Assembly: GCA_965113315.1 (NCBI GenBank) | Contig: OZ220377.1 | Direction: 5' to 3' (one strand) | Length of the DNA stretch: 64,000 bases | DNA from: Podarcis vaucheri | Lineage: Eukaryota | Shown here: positions 10,836 to 22,555 of the stretch, in pieces | How the letters are laid out: every line of letters begins with the position of its first letter | Numbering within the stretch: position 1 is the stretch's first letter | Position numbers and translations under genes: made by a program | The notes under the pieces: model-generated | What the model was told of the DNA's origin: nothing | What the model saw: only the letters and a program-made list of their open reading frames with translations | Database searches by the model: none

Positions 10836-11380
10836 ACTTACAACACCTCTCCCCAGAGATCTGCATGCTTTGATGATTTGTTAGTGGGCCATTTTCAATG
10901 TGTTACTATTGATATACAAGACTTAATAGCTTGGGAGCAGTTTACTTGTGGGATCACCTTTCCCTCATATGTGCTCATTGAACCACTTTGATCTGCAGAA
11001 CTGGCACTATTACAGGTACCACTCGTGACTCAATTCACACTTGCAAGAAATCATCCTTTTAGTGTGGCAGCACAAGCTCCCTGCCTATTGACATCAAGCA
11101 GGCGACTTTGCTGTATCCTTTTGGTGCCTTGTTAAATCATTTTTGTTTAGGCAAGCCTGTTCAAGTGTATAGACATTGACATGTTTCCATCTCTTTTTAG
11201 TTCACTGATGATTTCAATTGTTTTTAAAATGTTTTTAATTATTTGTTTGTAGCTTCATTTATTAACTTTAATATAGCTTGTATACTGCTTTGATGTTTTG
11301 TTACAATTAAGTGGTGTATATACATTTTGCTTAATAAGTACAAGTTTATTAAATAAAATTAATAAAATAAATTTATTTTG
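10835..11380 (+). mobile_element. Degraded L2 LINE 3' fragment
   Basis: CCTTTTAGTGTGGCAGCAC...CTCCCTGCC motif, followed by a T-rich UTR and an (AATA)n-like tail. Confidence 0.55.
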
Positions 11381-11402
11381 GACATTAAATATAGATATAT
11401 AA

Positions 11403-11777
11403 GGGCCACGGGTGGCACTGTGGGTTAAACCACAGTGCCTAGGACTTGCTGATCAGAAGGTCGGCGGTTCGAATCCCCGCGACAGAGTGAGCTCCCGTTG
11501 CTCACTGCTCCTGCCAACCTAGCTCCCCTGCTCCTGCCAACCTAGCAGTTTGAAAGCACGTCAAAGTGCAAGTAGATAAATAGGTACCGCTCTGGCGGGA
11601 AGGTAAACAGCGTTTCCGTGTGCTGCTTTGGTTCGCCAGAAGCAGCTTAGTCATGCTAGCCACATGACCCGGAAGCTGTATGCCGGCTCCCTCGGCCAAT
11701 AAAGCGAGATGAGTGCCGCAACCCCAGAGTCAGCCACGACTGGACCTAATGGTCAGGGGTCCCTTTACCTTTACCTT
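11403..11777 (+). mobile_element. Sauria SINE (full length, with internal 19-bp duplication)
   Basis: tRNA head with GGTTCGAATCC B-box and (ACCTTT)n tail. 12-bp TSD TATAGATATATA at 11390-11401 and 11778-11789. CTGCTCCTGCCAACCTAGC is repeated at 11505 and 11528. Confidence 0.95.
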
Positions 11778-11931
11778 TATAGATATATAGCCTGCCTTTC
11801 TACTCCTAAAGCCCACAAGGCAGTGCATGATACTTTAAAACAATATCAAACAATTATTCTTTAATAAAAAAGCAGCATAAATAAATAAATAAATGTAGTA
11901 AAACCACAGATCGTTGAAACCTGCAATGTAA

Positions 11932-12935
11932 TGTTACAGCATGGAATACAGATGTTCAGGATTCCTGCAGCCCCATGAGCAGAGAGGGGAATCCAATCCC
12001 AAATAGTTTTGAGGGAGTTTCTGATTTCAGCCTCCTCCAAGGAAAATTCTAGCTGGATTTGTCAGTGCCTTAAATTCTGTCATGAGGCTGAGCAAATCTC
12101 TCTTCACCTGGGATTACCTGTGTAAATTGAATCTGATGGCACCAAACCCAGGAAGCAGCCTTGGTTAACTAACACTTGCGGAAATTGCTTTGAGGTCCCC
12201 AGACAGAAGCTTAAACAGAGTGTAGCAACTTACTCTCCGCAATTCAGAGTTATTTGGGGATCGATTTGAAGGTTTCAATACAGCCAGTCAGGGACAGGGG
12301 ATGGTTGTCATTGTGTGGACAACATTAGACGTTCCTCAGTGGCTCCCCCCACCCCAGGACTAAAAGAAAAGTGGAGGATGCTTGTGATTTGGAGCACCTC
12401 TGGCATGGATGGTGGCCTGAGCCCCAATTCTTGGGGTCCTGTACCCAGTGAGGGTTAGAATCTAACAGAGGGAGTTGCTAAAACAATCAGACAAGTTTCT
12501 GTGTAAGACAATGATCATAAATAGCCACTTACAGTACAAGTCTTCATCAGCATCCCCAAAGAATGTGCTACAGCTAAGTAATGCTGCCCTCCAGACTAAC
12601 AGTGGTCCTTTCTCTCACCCCTCACCTAGTTGCTAGGCAGAATGGTGTTTGAGAGCTGAGCTGGCAGTGGGCTGGAAGCTGGAGACACTGTGACATGCTT
12701 GTTCTGGACTGGATCCATAGCTGTGACTAATGAAGAAGCGAGACTGTTGGGCTGTTTATGCGGTGAGCCTCTCCATCTTATGCTCAGGTTGTCTATATGG
12801 GTAAATAAAACCATATACATTGCCCTAAAGAGAGTGCCGTCTCTGCTGATGTTCATTGCAAGGAAACCAAACCCTGGGTAAGTGCTGGAACCCTTGAATT
12901 CTCTCACTACTCAGAGATCAGGGTGGTGTGTAACG
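11932..12935 (+). mobile_element. Possible old solo LTR
   Basis: Ends TGTTAC...GTAACG, with AATAAA at about 12804 in an LTR-like context. No convincing TSD, and the left boundary is uncertain. Confidence 0.35.
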
Positions 12936-13789
12936 ATGCATTTATCCTCTTGTACTTGGCGGTACATGGCTGGGGGAGGAGGGTGTGAAAAGCGAGAGCA
13001 GGGAAGAAGAGCAATCGTCAATGAGCAAAGGGTGCTCCATTTCCTCCCCTCCCTCCACAATTTGATGCAAAAAGCAGGCGTAATTAAACAGCTGTTCTTA
13101 ATAATGCCCTGACAACTGTCCCCGCTTTAATTTGCTTTGGAGTAAAGATTAATATAACAATGCAGCGATACTTTACAAAGGGGAGAAAAGGGAAGCAGAG
13201 CTAATAAAATCCGGTGGCTTACATGGTATATTATTGTGTCTTTCTTTCTGCTTGTCTGGCGAATATTTGGCTCCTCTGGGAGCAGTTTTCATATTTATTT
13301 GTTCGCTCCTCCAAGCTAGGGGCTGACTTGGTGGCACATTGAGAGGGGATTAATGCCGGGGCACAGAGGTGTGCCAGGGACACTAGTCGCATCGGGGGTC
13401 TCCATGGTGATTCTCCCATGTGGTAGGAGAGATCCCAATGGCAATAAAGTTAGTAAAGCGATTAAGTATGACGAGCGGCCGGCAGAGGCTGCAGATCAGA
13501 GGTGGGTGGAAACTATTTCGAGCCTTGAGTCCTGGAGAAGCGAAAAGCACATGAACCGACGAAGCTTTTTCAAGAACCTAAGAAGAGCCCTGCTGGATCT
13601 GACCAAAGGTCTACAAAGGCCAGCATCCTTCCCACCCCCTCAGCAGCAGACCAGAAGCATCTGAGAAACAAAGCAGCAGGAAGTACAGTAGGAGTAGGAA
13701 ATCATTTTTTTTTAGCCTGAGGGTCTCATTTCCTTATGGGGAACCATTCAAGGGCCACACAGCAGTAGAGGGCAAAGCCAAGGGCATTG

Positions 13790-14023
13790 TTTATTTATTT
13801 GGTGCGTTTACACTCCACCTTTTTCTCAGAAGGAGCTAAAGGTGGTGTGTATGGTTCTTCCCCTCCTCATTTAATCCCCACAACTATCCTGCGGTATAGG
13901 TTAGGCTGATAGGCAGTGAGTGGTCCAAGCTCACCCAATGAGCTTCATGGCTAAATAGAGATCTGATCCCTGGAGCGCCAGGCCGTAGTCCGACACTCTA
14001 ACCATTGGACCCCACTGGCTCTC
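13790..14023 (-). mobile_element. Squam3A-like (older) tRNA/L2-tailed SINE
   Basis: Minus strand begins GAGAGCCAGTGGGGTCCAATGGTTAGAGTG and ends in (AAAT)n. Related copies at about 22312, 24998, 40040 and 48898. Confidence 0.75.
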
Positions 14024-14424
14024 AATTACTGAGTTTCAGTAGAAATTTAAATGCATTCCTGTTTACCCAGATACTGGCAATGACAACCTTGAAATTGACA
14101 GCTGTGAGAGCACGTGATTGTTTTTAAGTGTTTTTTAGATGCCCTAGATGCTTTTAAATGTCTTAGATGGTTTTTAATGGTTTCTACAGTTGTAAATGGG
14201 CTTTTATGTTGTTTTCTGTTGGATTGGGCCTTCATTTCCCCACATTCCTGCATCAGTTTGTGTTTTTTTCTTTTTAAAAGTCCTACTGAAAATTCTTCAG
14301 AATTTTACTGTGTGTTTTATTTTTTAAAAACTAAATATACAGATTTCTGTATACCATTTTAGCAGTTATGCACATTTTGCAAGCAATTTTCCCAAATAGA
14401 ATGAATGAATTTTATGCATTTTAT

Positions 14425-14940
14425 TTACTTTCTTTATTAGCAGTCAACAGACCATTAGAACATTTTTAATCGGTTTACAATTATAAATGGTGACATTAAA
14501 AAAATATACACAAGGCAGCTAAAAACACAAAATTAAATTAGTAGACATATTTGAATGGATATATCAGGTGGTCATTAGAAGTCTTTGTGGCAATTGCTAT
14601 GTTCAAAAACTTTGCCACTTGCTGTGTGATTAACTTGTTGGGGCTCTGAAACAAAACCAGAAGAAACACAGGGGAGTAACCTGGGAAGGATTGTACAATA
14701 GGCTATATTACATCTTTCCTAGCCCTTTGATAAAAATAAAATAGAAAAGGACATGCAATATATAGTCCAACTCAGAATTGTTTCAGGTGCAGCATTTGTT
14801 ATTTTGGGGATTTTGTTACATCTGCCATTTAATAAATTAGAGGGGAGAACACTAAACCATCTAAGGGAGAAAGCCTTCCTATACTTAGGTACAGTTAACC
14901 ATCCCAAGTATGACATTTTGTCATTACAGGAGAGACATGA
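14425..14940 (-). mobile_element. RTE-X-like LINE 3' fragment
   Basis: Frameshifted minus-strand translation YLGWLTVPKYRKAFSL..FSVLPSNLLNGR..KIP, then LHVLFY and ITQQVAKFL, followed by an AATAAAG tail. Confidence 0.6.
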
Positions 14941-14984
14941 TCTCCTCAGTGACTGGAGGGCGGGGAGAAAGATCCCCGTGCAGA

Positions 14985-15850
14985 GCCAATGACCCATCTA
15001 GTCCAGCATCCTGTTCTCACAGAGACCAATCAGATGCCTGCGGGAAACCAGCAAGCAGGATTTGAGCACAAGAACAGTTGTCTCCTGTGGTTTCCAGCAA
15101 CTGGTCTTTAAAGGTAAAGGTAAAGGGACCCCTGGCCATTAGGTGCAGTCGTGGCCAACTCTGCGGTCGCGGCACTCATCTCTCTTTATTGGCCAAGGGA
15201 GCCAGTGTACAGCTTGCGGGTCATGTGGCCAGCATGACTAAGCCGCTTCTGGCGAACCAGAGCAGTGCACGGAAACACCGTTTACCTTCACGCTGGAGCG
15301 GTACTTATTTATCTACTTGCACTTTGACGTGCTTTCGAACTGCTAGGTTGGCAGGAGCAGGGACCGAGCAACGGGAGCTCACCCCGTCGCGGGGATTCGA
15401 ACCGCCGACCTTTTGATCGGCAAGTCCTAGGCTCTGTGGTTTAATCCACAGTGCCACCCGCTTCTCAACTAGTCTTTAGAAGCATCTTTAGAAGCATAGT
15501 TATTATCGCTGCCTCCAACTGGAGGCAGAGCATAGCCTTCATAGCTAGTAGCCAACGATAGCTTTATTGTTCATGAATTTGTTGAATTCTATTTTAAAGC
15601 CATCCAAGTTGGTGATCATCACTGTGTCCCATGGGAGCAAGTTCTATAGTTTAACTGTGCATTGCACGAAAATGCGCTTTCATTTATCTGCCCTGAATCT
15701 TTCAACATTCAGTTTCGTTGGATGTTCATGAGTTCTAGTGTCATGAGAGAGGGAGATAACCTTTTCTCTGTCCACTTTCTACATGCCATGCATAGGAACA
15801 TCTATCATGTTGTCTCTTACTTGCCTTTTCTCCAATCTAAAAAGTCCCAA
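14985..15850 (-). mobile_element. Old CR1-family 3' fragment interrupted by a Sauria SINE
   Basis: Homologous to the other old CR1 copies. Minus strand encodes a degenerate LEKRQVRDNMI...HGM.KVDRE region. Confidence 0.8.
15111..15465 (-). mobile_element. Sauria SINE
   Basis: Full-length match to the 11403 copy. TSD CAACT(G/A)GTCTTTA at 15098-15110 and 15466-15478. Confidence 0.95.
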
Positions 15851-17058
15851 GGACTTAGTCCTCTAAGGAGAGTTGCTCTCTCTCGGAATCAGTATTCGAA
15901 AGCCTGTGCTTAATCACGGATTTGGCTCCCTTCAAATCTGTGGTTAGCAGGTAAGAGGGTGATAGGCCTATTAAAGTAACTTCTTGCACCATGGCCTTCA
16001 ACCAAGCTGAGTCAAAAGAATGGCGGTAGGGTAGGCACAATATGACAATGGAGCAAAAAATGGACAGAAGAAATCCACACTAAGAACCCAAAGGAATTCA
16101 AGCCAGCTTCCAAACTTAAAGGGAGCATTTTTAAGACACACTTTCCCTCAGCAGGCACATTTTTGTACCCATTACCCAGTTGGAAAGGGGCATGACAAAA
16201 GTCGGAGAAGTGGAAATTTCAAAGGGACACCTGTGTTTTGGTTTGTATGCCGCTTCAAGAAGTACAAATGAGGTAGGTTCACATTAAAATGTGATCAGAA
16301 CAGAGCTCTTCCCACATCCCTACACAACAGGTGCCTTCCCAGAGGATCTTAATGGCTCCCATATGACCTCACTTGTCCAAAAGGGCAGGGGCGCATTAGG
16401 TAAGAGTCCATGAACTTCAGGCCAGAGGGCTAGCTCTTTAAGACTCTGTTGTTATACATCAAAGGGGGCAGAGCCTCAAACAGGTAGACTTGGAGGCAGA
16501 GACTCAAAAGACCTCCGTTTGCCTCCAGCCCCCTTTTTTTTGGAGCAAGTTGCTTACTTGTTGTTTCTTTGCTGCCGTGACCCATGCACTCCCCTCGTCC
16601 TTGGGTTAGGCAAAGCACTGGATAATAGACTCAACAGCTAAATGGAGCTTTTACCTTTGCAAGCAGCAGACCTCAGAGTACCAGATGAGATGCTTGCGGG
16701 AGAAAATGGTGTTTGTGCAGCCCTCTGTGCTCTGTTTGTGAGCTTCCAGAAGCATCAGAGGAGGATGGGTGGGAGTGCTGTCGGAAAAACAGAACGCTGG
16801 TCTAAATGGACGCCCTTGCAATCCTCCTATTCTTAATTGCAAGATGTTGCCTGAACAGCAAATACACACCACATGAATCAATGCACTCCATGGCTTTCTC
16901 CCCCCTACCACCCCCCACTGCATGCAGCAAGGAGGATATTATATTAAGAACCGCTGCAGCCTGTGTTGAACGCTGACACTCTCTCCTTTTTCTTTTGCAA
17001 AAGTGTCTGCTCTGTCTTGCTCACACTCCTGCAAAGAGGGTGCAAGACAAAATGCATG

Positions 17059-17060
<2 letters not shown>

Positions 17061-17090
<30 letters not shown>
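17061..17090. repeat. (TG)n microsatellite
   Basis: Seen directly. Confidence 0.95.
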
Positions 17091-17095
<5 letters not shown>

Positions 17096-17762
17096 AGGAG
17101 ACAGCTGGTTTATGGATCATCTCATCTGAATTTTCCACCCCAAATCGCTCACATCCCAACAGCTAGGCAAACAACTGTGCTTGAAGGCTGCAGGCGGTTG
17201 GAGTCCGGAGGCATCATCTGGGCAGAACAAAAGCAGGGGAGCGGCAGGGAGATGTATGGGGAGGGCAGGGGGCTGCTGCACAGGGGCTGTAGGGCAGCCA
17301 AAGCCTGGACCTCCTTTGGCAAGGGGGAACAACATCTATGAACGCGAGAAAAGGATGCGAGCTGGAGAGAGGAACAATTTCCCCAGCATAAGCGCCTTAT
17401 CGCTGAGCCATGCTTTAAATATTTTAGAGCTCTGCTTGCGAGGCAATTTGAGAAGCTGTTAACAATAATGAAGCCCTTAGACAATAGTGGGGTGAAGGGG
17501 GGGGGCAGCGGAAGGAAGGCTGTAAGTTCAAGCGCGGAAGAAATGCTGCCAAGCTAAGTGTGTTGACCTTTGCTGAAATTAATGGTGCTTGCTTGCTGGC
17601 TGGCTTTTTACATCTTTCTGCCCCCAAATGTCAGATGTTTTGGCAAAAACCAGTGAACCCCTTCCCTTCTGCATCCCACCTCAAAGTCTGCAGCAAGTAT
17701 GTGAAATCTGTTTTGTTAATGACCAAATGGAAACCTCCAGCTCATTTGTACTATAAGTAGGG

Positions 17763-17896
17763 CAGAGTTTCCCAAACTTGGATGTCCAGCTGTTTTGGAC
17801 TACGACTCCTATCATCCCGAGCCAGCAGGACCAGTGGTCAGGGATGATGGGAATTGTAGTCCAAAAACAGCTGAACATCTAAGTTTGGGAAACCTG
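17763..17896. mobile_element. Palindromic hAT-like MITE
   Basis: Long inverted arms: TTTCCCAAACTTGGATGTCCAGCTGTTTTGGACTAC / GTAGTCCAAAAACAGCTGAACATCTAAGTTTGGGAAA. Confidence 0.8.
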
Positions 17897-18440
17897 GAAT
17901 TAGGGTGAGGTGGTTGGAGCAAATTCCCTGGAACGAACCTGGACAGGGCAGGGGGGCCAAGTAGGTGTCAAAGGACAGCTATTCAAATAATGCTAGATTA
18001 TGCTTTCCCCCTCTAGCAAAGAATAATTGAGCATGTTTTCAAGACGATGCAAGAAAATCCAGATATTGCCTTGCTCACAGGCTTAGTGAGGGGAGATGGT
18101 GAGTTGGGGAGTTGCTACAGCAATTGCTCATGACTGCAAGCTAAGGCAGTCAAGTGCATTCACTCCTGAAGCTGCTGGCCAGAGAGGAGAAGTTTTGAAA
18201 TTTCCTCTCCAGTGCCCATAAAGGTCCACAATTGTTCTCCACTTTCCCTAGCTTGCACCACTCACTCCTTACATGGAACAGTCTAGAGAATGTCTGGAGA
18301 GAGTTCCAACATGCATATATAGAGGCCTGGAGGGCTGCATTTGGCCCCCGAGTCTGAGGTTCCTTGCCGTACCTCTGTGAGCTTGGGTGGGGAAATTCAC
18401 AATGTGATAACTGACATGACACTTCTCTTCTCACCCAGCT

Positions 18441-18768
18441 CATACCCTCCACTGTTTCTCCGATAAAAATAGGGATGTCCCATTCTATAATGATAACTTT
18501 ACTGTTTATACCCCACACACCTTACTGGGTTGCCCCGGCCACTCTGGGCAGCTTCCAACATATATAAAAACGCAATAAACATAATCCTGAAGGCAGGATT
18601 GTCTTCAGACAGCTCGGGAATCGAATAACTCCATACCCTCCAACATTTCTCCAGTGAAAATAGGGATGTCCTAAGGAAAACAGGAACATTCCAAAATCAA
18701 ATCAGAAACTGGGACAGATTCTCTAAATCAGGGATGTCCCTGGAAAATAGGGGCACTCAGAGGGTCTG
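18441..18768. mobile_element. Composite non-autonomous DNA transposon with 6-bp TSD
   Basis: TIR CATACCCTC / GAGGGTCTG. TSD CCAGCT at 18435-18440 and 18769-18774. Repeated AAATAGGGATGTCC subterminal motifs, and a second left end at 18632. Confidence 0.75.
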
Positions 18769-20706
18769 CCAGCTTGCAAGCCTCCAACCTGCCTACCCGT
18801 TCCCTCCCACCAGCCCAATCCTTCCCTTAGCTGCTTCTTGGGTAGAAAGCAGGAAAGAGAGAGGAGGGAGGGTGGAGTCTCCTCCTTCAGCAATGTTGAC
18901 GAGAGCATTATGAGTCCCAGAGGTATGCATTTCCTAGGCAGGAAATATGTTAGGGCAATATCTCTACAACAGACAAGCTTTCATGTCAAATCAGCTGGGC
19001 TTTACTAATCCTGCTGGTTTTCTTATTGTGCTGATGCCCTTTCTTACCTGCATGGAAACACATAACACACTTCTTCCCAAGCCCCTCATTTTTACCTCTG
19101 TATTTACTTCTTCTAAAATGAACGTGCTTGTCTCATTAGGGTTAATTTGAAATTTATTGCATAGAGATTTGGTGCTGGAAGAGCTAAACCTATGCATAAT
19201 TCAAGCTAAAATATCATAATGGCATAGTTTAATTTTTGTCCTATTAATTTCATTTATGTTGTACTCTATACTGTTTTGTAATAATTGATTATAAACGGCC
19301 ATTAATAATAAAAAACATAGCCAAAGTTAAGCACTTCAGAGCCACATTGATTTTCAGTGGGAGAATAAGCATGTGCTTAAATCTCTTCCATTGAAACAAA
19401 TGGTGCTCTGAAGAACATAATTTTGACTAGTTATTTTTTGCTGGGGAGAAATGATGGTTGCTGCTATTAGTCAATTATTAAGGCAGGCCACAGAACCATT
19501 TGGCAAACGGTATCCCTGAATATTAATGGTGCTGGTACATTAACAAGGCAAGTGCATATACCCTCTCAGGTGGGCACCATTGTGGGCTGGAGCTCCTCCT
19601 GCCCATCACAATTTTGGACCACTTCCTGGGTTGCAAAGGATGTCCCAGGACTGAGCTTGCTGCTTGGGAAGTGAACAATTGTCCAATTGCTAATGGGCTT
19701 GGGGGTGGGCCACTCCCAAGGGGTCGACGTGACTGGTCTTGCTGGCTTTGCCAATTTATTTCAATGGAAGTGATTTATTTCAATCTATTTCACTGGAGGT
19801 GATTTCAAGCACATGATTAAACCTACTGAAATTTGGCCAGGTTTTGTCCACTGTTGATGCCTCAAAAATGGCCCTACATTCTCTGCAAGAAACAGCTGTA
19901 AACATTGGCAGATACAAGGTCATTTGGTCTAAACCCAACTCTATCTGAAAGCCAAACTGATATGAACCTCATTGAAATGGTGGGTGTTACTGCGACGGGA
20001 TGGCCATCGATGCTCCAGGCTTCAGTTGGCTTAACCTCACGATTGGTAATTATCTGATATGGCTTGGGGCACATTGCTCTCAAATGGTGTTCAGCCCCTG
20101 AAGCGATGTTTCTGGATGGAGAGGGAGGGAAAAGAGATATTTCCTTGCTGAAACAAGTCTTGGTCTCTGAGTGCTACAGCTGGAATTCTCGAGGATTTCA
20201 CCGGCTCCTGCTGCTTTAAACTAAGCTGATGTTGCAGCAGTAATTTGTGACAGCAAGACACTACAGGTAAAATTTGAAGGGCACTTTTAAAAAAACAAAC
20301 AGCCCCGTCTTAGAGCCAAGGTGGCTGCTGCTGTGCCAGAGTTTGCAAATAACGGGATGGAATGCAACAGCAAAGTGAATACCACCAAGATATTGCAAGC
20401 AGAGGAAAGAGTGAACATGCCAACATCTTAAGAACATTAGAAGACCTCATTAGATCAGGCCAATGGCTCATCTAGTCCAGCATCCTGCTCTCGCAGTGGC
20501 CAACCAGATGCCTTTGGGGTGCCTGGAAGCAGAACCTGGGCACAAAAGCATGCCCTGCTGTGAATCCCAGGAACTGATATGCAGAGCCATCACTTCCTCT
20601 GACAGTGTAGGCAGAACCTAGCTATTGTGGTGAGTATCAGTAGGTAGCCTTATCTCCCATGGATTTGTCTAAGCATCTTTCAAAGCCATTCCAAGTTGGT
20701 GGCCAC

Positions 20707-20930
20707 CAGTGGCGGAGCTTCATGGTCCAGCACCGGGGTGTGTGGAGAGCAGGCGGGGCAGGGCTGGTGCGCGTCCTGGGGGCATAGCATGCTGCCCACA
20801 GGGGCGTGGCACGCCGCCTGTGGGGGCATGGCACCCAGCACAGGCGGGGAGGCAGCCGCGATGGCAACCTACCGTGATTGCGTTGCTGGGGAAGGTGTGC
20901 TCCCCCCGCACTCCCCTTCCTCTGCCACTG
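20707..20930. mobile_element. GC-rich hAT-type MITE
   Basis: TIR CAGTGGCGGA / TCTGCCACTG. Perfect 8-bp TSD GTGGCCAC at 20699-20706 and 20931-20938. Confidence 0.9.
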
Positions 20931-21027
20931 GTGGCCACCACAACATCTCATGCAAATGAATTCCATCACCTTAACTATGCAGTTTTTGAAGAGGTGTTTT
21001 CTTTTGTCTATCCTAAATCTTCCAATA

Positions 21028-21258
21028 CAGTCAAACCTCAGTTCCCGAACGCCTCCGTTTTGGAACGTTTTGGCTCCCGAACACCAAAAACCCGAAAGTA
21101 ATTGCTCTGTTTTCCGAATAATTTTCTGAAGCCAAATGGCTTTTTTCATTTTGCCCCCCTTGACTTTGCAGCCAGCCCATTGATCCTCAGTTTTTGAACT
21201 TTCTGGAAGCTGAACGGTTTTCCAGAACGGATTAAGTTCGAAAACTGAGGTTCCACTG
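21028..21258. mobile_element. pogo/Tigger-like MITE
   Basis: TA-CAGTCAAACCTCAGTT ... AACTGAGGTTCCACTG-TA. Confidence 0.85.
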
Positions 21259-22555
21259 TATTTGGCTTTGTTGGAGGACCCCTGAATTCTGGTATGGGGT
21301 GAGGGGTTGGCAATGGGAATGGCAAGCAGAGGAAGCAGGGGTATAGCCTCTAGTAATATAAATTAAAGAATAAGATTACAGTATCGGCAAAAAACAAAAA
21401 CAAAAAACCCCCACCTGGCCTAGCCTCTTATTTCGGCAATTAGTGGCCCAAAAGCAAAATATTCAGTCAAGCTGTTTCTCCACTCCCCCGCCCCCCCATC
21501 CTCCTGGTCAGTTGGCAACCTTCCTGAGATAATGCTTGAGAAGTGTTTCAAATGTTCTAAAAAGTGCTAAATAAATGCTAAATATTGCATTAGCTTGTCT
21601 GTTAATTCCGGGCCTCCCGGGTGGTGCTTATGCTGTTGCTATCTCAGGGATGGGCTGGAGAACATGAGGTTCCCTTGGCATCTGTAAATAACACGGAGTT
21701 ACCGCAGGGCCTGGAGGAGCTTTTGCAAAAAGCTGGCTCCTCACCCAACAATATTCAATTAGTATGTTTTGTTGATTACCATCTGGGTCACAGTTGTCAC
21801 AGTTACAGCTGGCTCAGCCCTGGCCCATAGATCATATTTGAAAAAACCCACCTGGGGAAATAGGGATATTAAAATATATATAAAAAATAAAAAAATAACA
21901 GATCCTGAACGTAACACAATTTCCCCAGTGTTCCAGTGCTGCTTTATAGACCCTGTGAATGAGGCTCGCTTTATTAATTTTTGTCAAGATTAAATCACAG
22001 AAAAAAGTAAAATAGCGCTGGCTGTATATTGTGTGGGTGGTGTTGCTGTTCTGTTGTATATAGAAATTTGCAACTGTTCACAGCACCTGCACTCAGAGGC
22101 GCCATCTTCTGAAGAACATTGAGGGGGCCTGATGTGACGTCCTGATGTTGCGCATGCAATATCGTGTGACTCCCAGATGCCGCTATGTGTCTGGCTCTGT
22201 GTTCGGCCTCAACCATGGAGTCCCATGGCTCTCTCAAGAAAACTGAAGTGCCTCAGTCCCTAGGAGCCAGTCCCTGTGGCTGCACTCATTCTCCCCCCCC
22301 CTTTTTAAAGCAATTTATTCCTGCCCTTCCTCATGGCAGCAGACATGTGCTCCCACATTTCTCCACTCAAGAACCCTGTGAAGTAGGTCAGCCCGAGAAG
22401 CAGTGGCTAGCTCAAGGTCACCAAACAAGCTTTGTGGCTCAGTGAGGATGTGAATCTCAGCTAAGCACACTCCTTCTTCACTGAAATATGGTATGATGCC
22501 TGCATTTACTTGCTGGGCCCGAGAATTCTAACACTGGTGTCTAGGAATCTGGTGT

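Larger units (their letters stand above)
20428..21300 (-). mobile_element. Old CR1-family 3' fragment carrying two nested MITEs
   Basis: Minus-strand translation IGRFRIDKRKHLFKNCIVK...W and WNGFERCLDKSMGDKA. Interrupted at 20707 and 21028. Confidence 0.8.

Noticed and set aside
15078-15416. Recurrent peptide GHVASMTK.LLANQSSARK (also 11502, 34082, 45781, 58924)
   Set aside because: Antisense translation of Sauria SINE copies, not a gene family.
20180-20266. AG...GTAAAA-bounded 87-nt segment
   Set aside because: Stops in all three frames and a mediocre acceptor. At most a non-coding exon.
20637-21149. Cluster of overlapping ORFs / apparent CpG island
   Set aside because: Explained by a GC-rich hAT MITE and a pogo MITE nested in a CR1.
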